Shown here: positions 28,618-32,000 of the stretch, piece by piece
Numbering within the stretch: position 1 is the stretch's first letter
Layout: every line of letters starts with the position of its first letter
Assembly (NCBI RefSeq): GCF_000195855.1
Contig: NC_002677.1
Span: 1,740,001 to 1,772,000 of the forward strand
Direction of reading: 5' to 3'
Source: Mycobacterium leprae TN
GTDB taxonomy: Bacteria; Actinomycetota; Actinomycetes; Mycobacteriales; Mycobacteriaceae
Length of the DNA: 32,000 nucleotides
Translations under genes and position numbers: made by a program
Notes under the pieces: model-generated
Databases searched by the model: none
What the model saw: the letters and a program-made list of their open reading frames with translations, nothing else
Told to the model about the DNA's origin: nothing

Positions 28618-28989
28618 CTAACGCCGACTGACCTCGGCCCGAAAATACACGATCAGCGCCCACAATCCGGCGAACAACACACCAACGAATCCCAACACAG
28701 GGTACACGGCGCAGCCGACTAGCACCACCACCTGTACGCCCAGGTTCACCCAGATCGCCCAAGCCTTGCGTTGCAGTCCGACCAGGACGATTAACAGCCC
28801 GGCCAGCCCAATCAGAAAACTCAGCGCAGACAGAGTCAGCCCGCCGGACGCACCCAACACCGGTAACGCCAGCAGCACGACGATTGCCTCAAGAAAGAGT
28901 ATAGCAGCCATCACCCCGGCAAAGCTCTTCCAGGGGTCGGCAGATGGCAGAGGCTTTTGCGGACCGTGCTCCCCCGGGCTGTCCGTCAT
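28618..28989 (-). CDS. Small integral membrane protein (Rv2446c-like, DUF4233-type)
   Basis: 123-aa ORF. The ATG at 28989 overlaps the folC stop as ATGA. There are three to four hydrophobic helices ([78 protein letters not shown]). It sits between folC and ndk, as in M. tuberculosis. Confidence 0.85.
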   Translation of the reverse strand: MTDSPGEHGPQKPLPSADPWKSFAGVMAAILFLEAIVVLLALPVLGASGGLTLSALSFLIGLAGLLIVLVGLQRKAWAIWVNLGVQVVVLVGCAVYPVLGFVGVLFAGLWALIVYFRAEVSRR

Positions 28990-30443
28990 TGTGGGTCACG
29001 GCCAAACAAAGTCCGTGCGATTCCGGCGGTGATCACCGAGCCGGTGATGACGATCCCACGGCCGGAGACTCCGAGCCCTTCGATTTCCTCATTGGCAGCG
29101 GCGTCGTCGACCAGTGCAGTCGCTGCGTCGATAGCGTCACGCAGGTTCGCCGCGCTGATTACCCGGTCGGGGCCGAACCGCTCCCGCGCCACCAACGCCA
29201 GCGACTCAACATCCAACGCCCGCGGCGAGCCGTTGTCAGTCACAACGATATAATCCAGCACCAGCTCCAGTGCGGCCAGGATGCCATCAACGTCCTTGTT
29301 TGCCAGCACGCTGAGCACCCCGACCAGGGTTCGGAAATTAAATTCGTCAGACAGCGTGCGCGCCAACGCATTCGCTCCGGCGGGATTGTGAGCGGCGTCG
29401 ATGAACACCGTCGGGGCACTGCGCATGCGTTCCAACCTGCCGGGGCTGATGACAGCGGCGAAACCGGACCGCACCGCCTCGACATCGAGCTGGCGCTGCA
29501 CCCCGGCACCATAAAACGCCTCGACCGCAGCAAGCACCAAGACCGCGTTGTGCGCCTGGTGTTCGCCATGTAACGGCAGGTAAATGTCATTATAAACTCC
29601 ACCAAGCCCCTGCAGCTGCAACACCTGACCACCGATTGCGACCTGACGGTCCAAGACCGCGAACTCCGAATCCTGACGGACGACTCGAGCGCCGGCATGT
29701 GCCGATTGAGCCAACAGCACCCCCATCGCCGCAGGTACCTGACGACCGATTACCACGACGGTGTCTGGCGCGCCTTCGGGAGCTTTCGTGATAATGCCCG
29801 CCTTCTCGCGGGCGATCGCTGCAACGTCGTTGCCAAGATACTCGACGTGGTCGATGCTGACCGGGGTGATCACGGCGACCGATGCATTAATCACGTTGGT
29901 CGCATCCCATCGCCCACCGAGGCCCACCTCAACCACCGCGATGTCGACGGGCGCATTCGCGAACGCGGCGAACGCCATCGCGGTGACTACCTCGAACTTG
30001 CTCAGCGCCGGCCCCCCAGAGGACTGCGACTGGGCATCGATCATCTGCACAAACGGTTCAACCTCACGGTAAGTTGCTACATATTGCGCCGGGCTGATCG
30101 GTTTTGAGTCAATCGCGATGCGTTCGACTACCGACTGCAGGTGAGGGCTGGTAAAGCGGCCAGTGCGCTGGTGCAGCGCGGTTAGCAGCGCGTCAACCAT
30201 CCTCGTCACCGAGGTCTTCCCGTTGGTGCCAGCGACGTGTATCGACGGATAACTGAGTTGCGGTGAGCCGAGAACATCCATTAACGCACTGATCCGAGTC
30301 AAACTCGGTTCGATACAGGTCTCTGGCCAGCGCTGGTCCAGCAGGTGTTCAACCTGCAACAGGGAGGCGACCTTGTCCGGTGTGAGAGCAGCGACATTGG
30401 TTTCAAGACGTCCGGATCCCCAGTCAGGCAGCTCTGCGGTCAT
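28986..30443 (-). CDS. folC: Bifunctional folylpolyglutamate synthase / dihydrofolate synthase FolC (Rv2447c homologue)
   Basis: 485-aa ORF. The ATG at 30443 overlaps the valS stop as ATGA. It has the Mur-ligase-family P-loop [24 protein letters not shown], and the DAAHNP C-terminal domain motif. Confidence 0.96.
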   Translation of the reverse strand: MTAELPDWGSGRLETNVAALTPDKVASLLQVEHLLDQRWPETCIEPSLTRISALMDVLGSPQLSYPSIHVAGTNGKTSVTRMVDALLTALHQRTGRFTSPHLQSVVERIAIDSKPISPAQYVATYREVEPFVQMIDAQSQSSGGPALSKFEVVTAMAFAAFANAPVDIAVVEVGLGGRWDATNVINASVAVITPVSIDHVEYLGNDVAAIAREKAGIITKAPEGAPDTVVVIGRQVPAAMGVLLAQSAHAGARVVRQDSEFAVLDRQVAIGGQVLQLQGLGGVYNDIYLPLHGEHQAHNAVLVLAAVEAFYGAGVQRQLDVEAVRSGFAAVISPGRLERMRSAPTVFIDAAHNPAGANALARTLSDEFNFRTLVGVLSVLANKDVDGILAALELVLDYIVVTDNGSPRALDVESLALVARERFGPDRVISAANLRDAIDAATALVDDAAANEEIEGLGVSGRGIVITGSVITAGIARTLFGRDPQ

Positions 30444-32000
30444 TGCAGCCCAGCCAGCCTAGCGATGATGCGGTCGGTTTCTTCCTTAGCCATCCGCTGA
30501 CGATCGCGGATTTTGACAACGACTGCTTCCGGGGCTTTAGCTAGAAAGTCCGCGTTGGCCAACTTTGCGGCGGTCGATGCCAGCTCTTTTTGCGCTGCAG
30601 CCAAGTCCTTTTCCATGCGACGACGCTCGGCAGCCACATCGATGGTGCCCGAAGTGTCGAGTTCAACGACGACGGCGCGGTCTTTGTTAGGGCCGAGACG
30701 AACCTCCAGCAACGCTGAAGGGCGAAAATCGTTGCTCGCAGCAGTAAGCAAAGCTAGTGATGTCACGAAGCCCACCTGGGTGGCCAGGTCGGAATCTTCG
30801 ACACCAGACAATCGAGCCGGCACCTTCTGTCGATCGACCAACCCCTGATCACTACGGAACCGACGGATCTCGGTCACCAGCTTCTGCATATCGCTGATCC
30901 GCTGCGCGGCAACCAGATCTAGGCTGATGCCAGAAGGCTCCGGCCAGGTAGCAATCACTAGTGACTCCAGTTGGGTCAGTGCCTGCCAGAGCGTTTCGGT
31001 AATAAACGGCATCACCGGGTGCAGCAACCGCAGCAACGTATCGAGTGCCGCGGCCAGCACTGCTGTGGTGTGCGTGAGCCCGTCAGCAAGCTGTGCCTTG
31101 GCCAATTCGAGATACCAGTCGCAGAATTCGTCCCACGCAAAATGGTAGAGCGCCTCGCAGGCGCGGCTGAATTCGTAGCCATCGAAAGCTGAATCAACTT
31201 CGGCGCGAACCTGTTCCAGCCTTCCGAGAATCCAGCGGTCGGCATCTGTCAGCGCCGTCAGCGCAGGCAAAGGTACCAGCGCAGCACCATTGAGCAGTGC
31301 GTACCGGGTGGCGTTGAACAGCTTGGTACCGAAGTTGCGCGACGCGCGGACGTGATCCTCTCCTATAGCCAGATCACCACCGGGGCTGGAGCCGCGTGCC
31401 AGAGTGAAGCGCAGCGCGTCAGCTCCGAACATATCCATCCAGGCCAGCGGGTCGATGACGTTACCCCTGGACTTACTCATCTTGCGACCGAATTCGTCGC
31501 GGATCAGCCCATGCAGGAAGACATCGGTGAACGGCACCTGCGGGCCACGGCAGCCACCCAGTGTGATGGCATCGTCCCCGCCGACGAAGGTGCCGAGCAT
31601 CATCATGCGCGCTACCCAGAAAAACAGAATGTCATAGCCGGTGACGAGAATACTTGTCGGATAGAATTTTTCCAGCTCCGGAGTCATTTGTGGCCAGCCC
31701 AGCGTGGAAAACGGCCACAACGCGGACGAGAACCAGGTGTCCAGCACGTCGGGGTCCTGTTGCCAGCCCTCCGGAGGGGTCTCGTCGGGACCGACACACA
31801 CTTGTTCCCCGTTGGGACCGTACCAGATCGGTATGCGATGGCCCCACCACAGCTGCCGTGAGATGCACCAGTCGCGCATGTCGTCCACCCAAGCGAACCA
31901 GCGCGATTCCATGCTAGCAGGGTGAATCACGGTGTCCCCGTTACGCACCGCGTCACCAGCGGCCTTGGCCAGCGATTCCACCCTGACCCACCATTGCAGC
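30440..32000 (-). CDS. valS: Valyl-tRNA synthetase, C-terminal ~520 codons (5-prime end lies beyond the window)
   Basis: The frame stays open to the window edge (…[15 protein letters not shown]…). The M at 31981 in the ORF track is an internal GTG valine. It has [18 protein letters not shown], the KMSKS loop ([14 protein letters not shown]), an anticodon-binding domain and a C-terminal coiled coil ([33 protein letters not shown]). Confidence 0.96.
   Translation of the reverse strand, partial: LQWWVRVESLAKAAGDAVRNGDTVIHPASMESRWFAWVDDMRDWCISRQLWWGHRIPIWYGPNGEQVCVGPDETPPEGWQQDPDVLDTWFSSALWPFSTLGWPQMTPELEKFYPTSILVTGYDILFFWVARMMMLGTFVGGDDAITLGGCRGPQVPFTDVFLHGLIRDEFGRKMSKSRGNVIDPLAWMDMFGADALRFTLARGSSPGGDLAIGEDHVRASRNFGTKLFNATRYALLNGAALVPLPALTALTDADRWILGRLEQVRAEVDSAFDGYEFSRACEALYHFAWDEFCDWYLELAKAQLADGLTHTTAVLAAALDTLLRLLHPVMPFITETLWQALTQLESLVIATWPEPSGISLDLVAAQRISDMQKLVTEIRRFRSDQGLVDRQKVPARLSGVEDSDLATQVGFVTSLALLTAASNDFRPSALLEVRLGPNKDRAVVVELDTSGTIDVAAERRRMEKDLAAAQKELASTAAKLANADFLAKAPEAVVVKIRDRQRMAKEETDRIIARLAGLQ

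Noticed and set aside
1-32000. Dispersed repeat families or IS elements (for example RLEP-type) at the rearrangement junctions
   Set aside because: I could not recognise any transposase-like ORF, terminal inverted repeats with target duplications, or a remembered repeat-family signature. This cannot be excluded without a genome-wide self-comparison.

Overview
This window reads as a mycobacterial chromosome segment in an advanced state of reductive evolution. It is most consistent with Mycobacterium leprae or a very close relative; that assignment is an inference from gene order, sequence and pseudogene load, and no database was searched.

Intact genes: seventeen apparently intact core genes are present, 16 of them on the minus strand. 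In window order they are a PPOX/F420-family protein, sigC (plus strand), an SGNH hydrolase, gpgP, rsfS, nadD, proA, nadE, proB, obg, rpmA, rplU, rne, ndk, a small membrane protein, folC and the 3-prime part of valS. Their order matches the M. tuberculosis Rv2061c, Rv2069 and Rv2417c-Rv2448c neighbourhoods.

Pseudogenes: between the intact genes lie at least 15 decayed genes carrying frameshifts and stops. These are a cobN C-terminal remnant, cobK, cobM, an MmpL transporter, degV, a vapBC-like pair, a MoxR ATPase plus VWA/CoxE pair, an LLM oxidoreductase, a Cache-HAMP-class III cyclase, a hipBA-like pair and rbsK.

Not found: I recognised no rRNA, tRNA, CRISPR array, intact IS element or dispersed repeat family.

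Structures not explained by genes:
- a perfect 25-bp inverted repeat exactly at the cobN-remnant/sigC deletion junction
- a 45-nt near-perfect palindrome inside the MmpL remnant
- a (TA)10 microsatellite embedded in a 28-bp palindrome
- two strongly AT-rich troughs confined to particular pseudogenes
- a chain of 1-11 nt start/stop overlaps linking surviving genes
- long structured untranslated regions flanking rne

Novel system: I do not see an intact, previously undescribed multi-gene system. Every accessory-type module (toxin-antitoxin pairs, MoxR-VWA, sensor cyclase) is inactivated.
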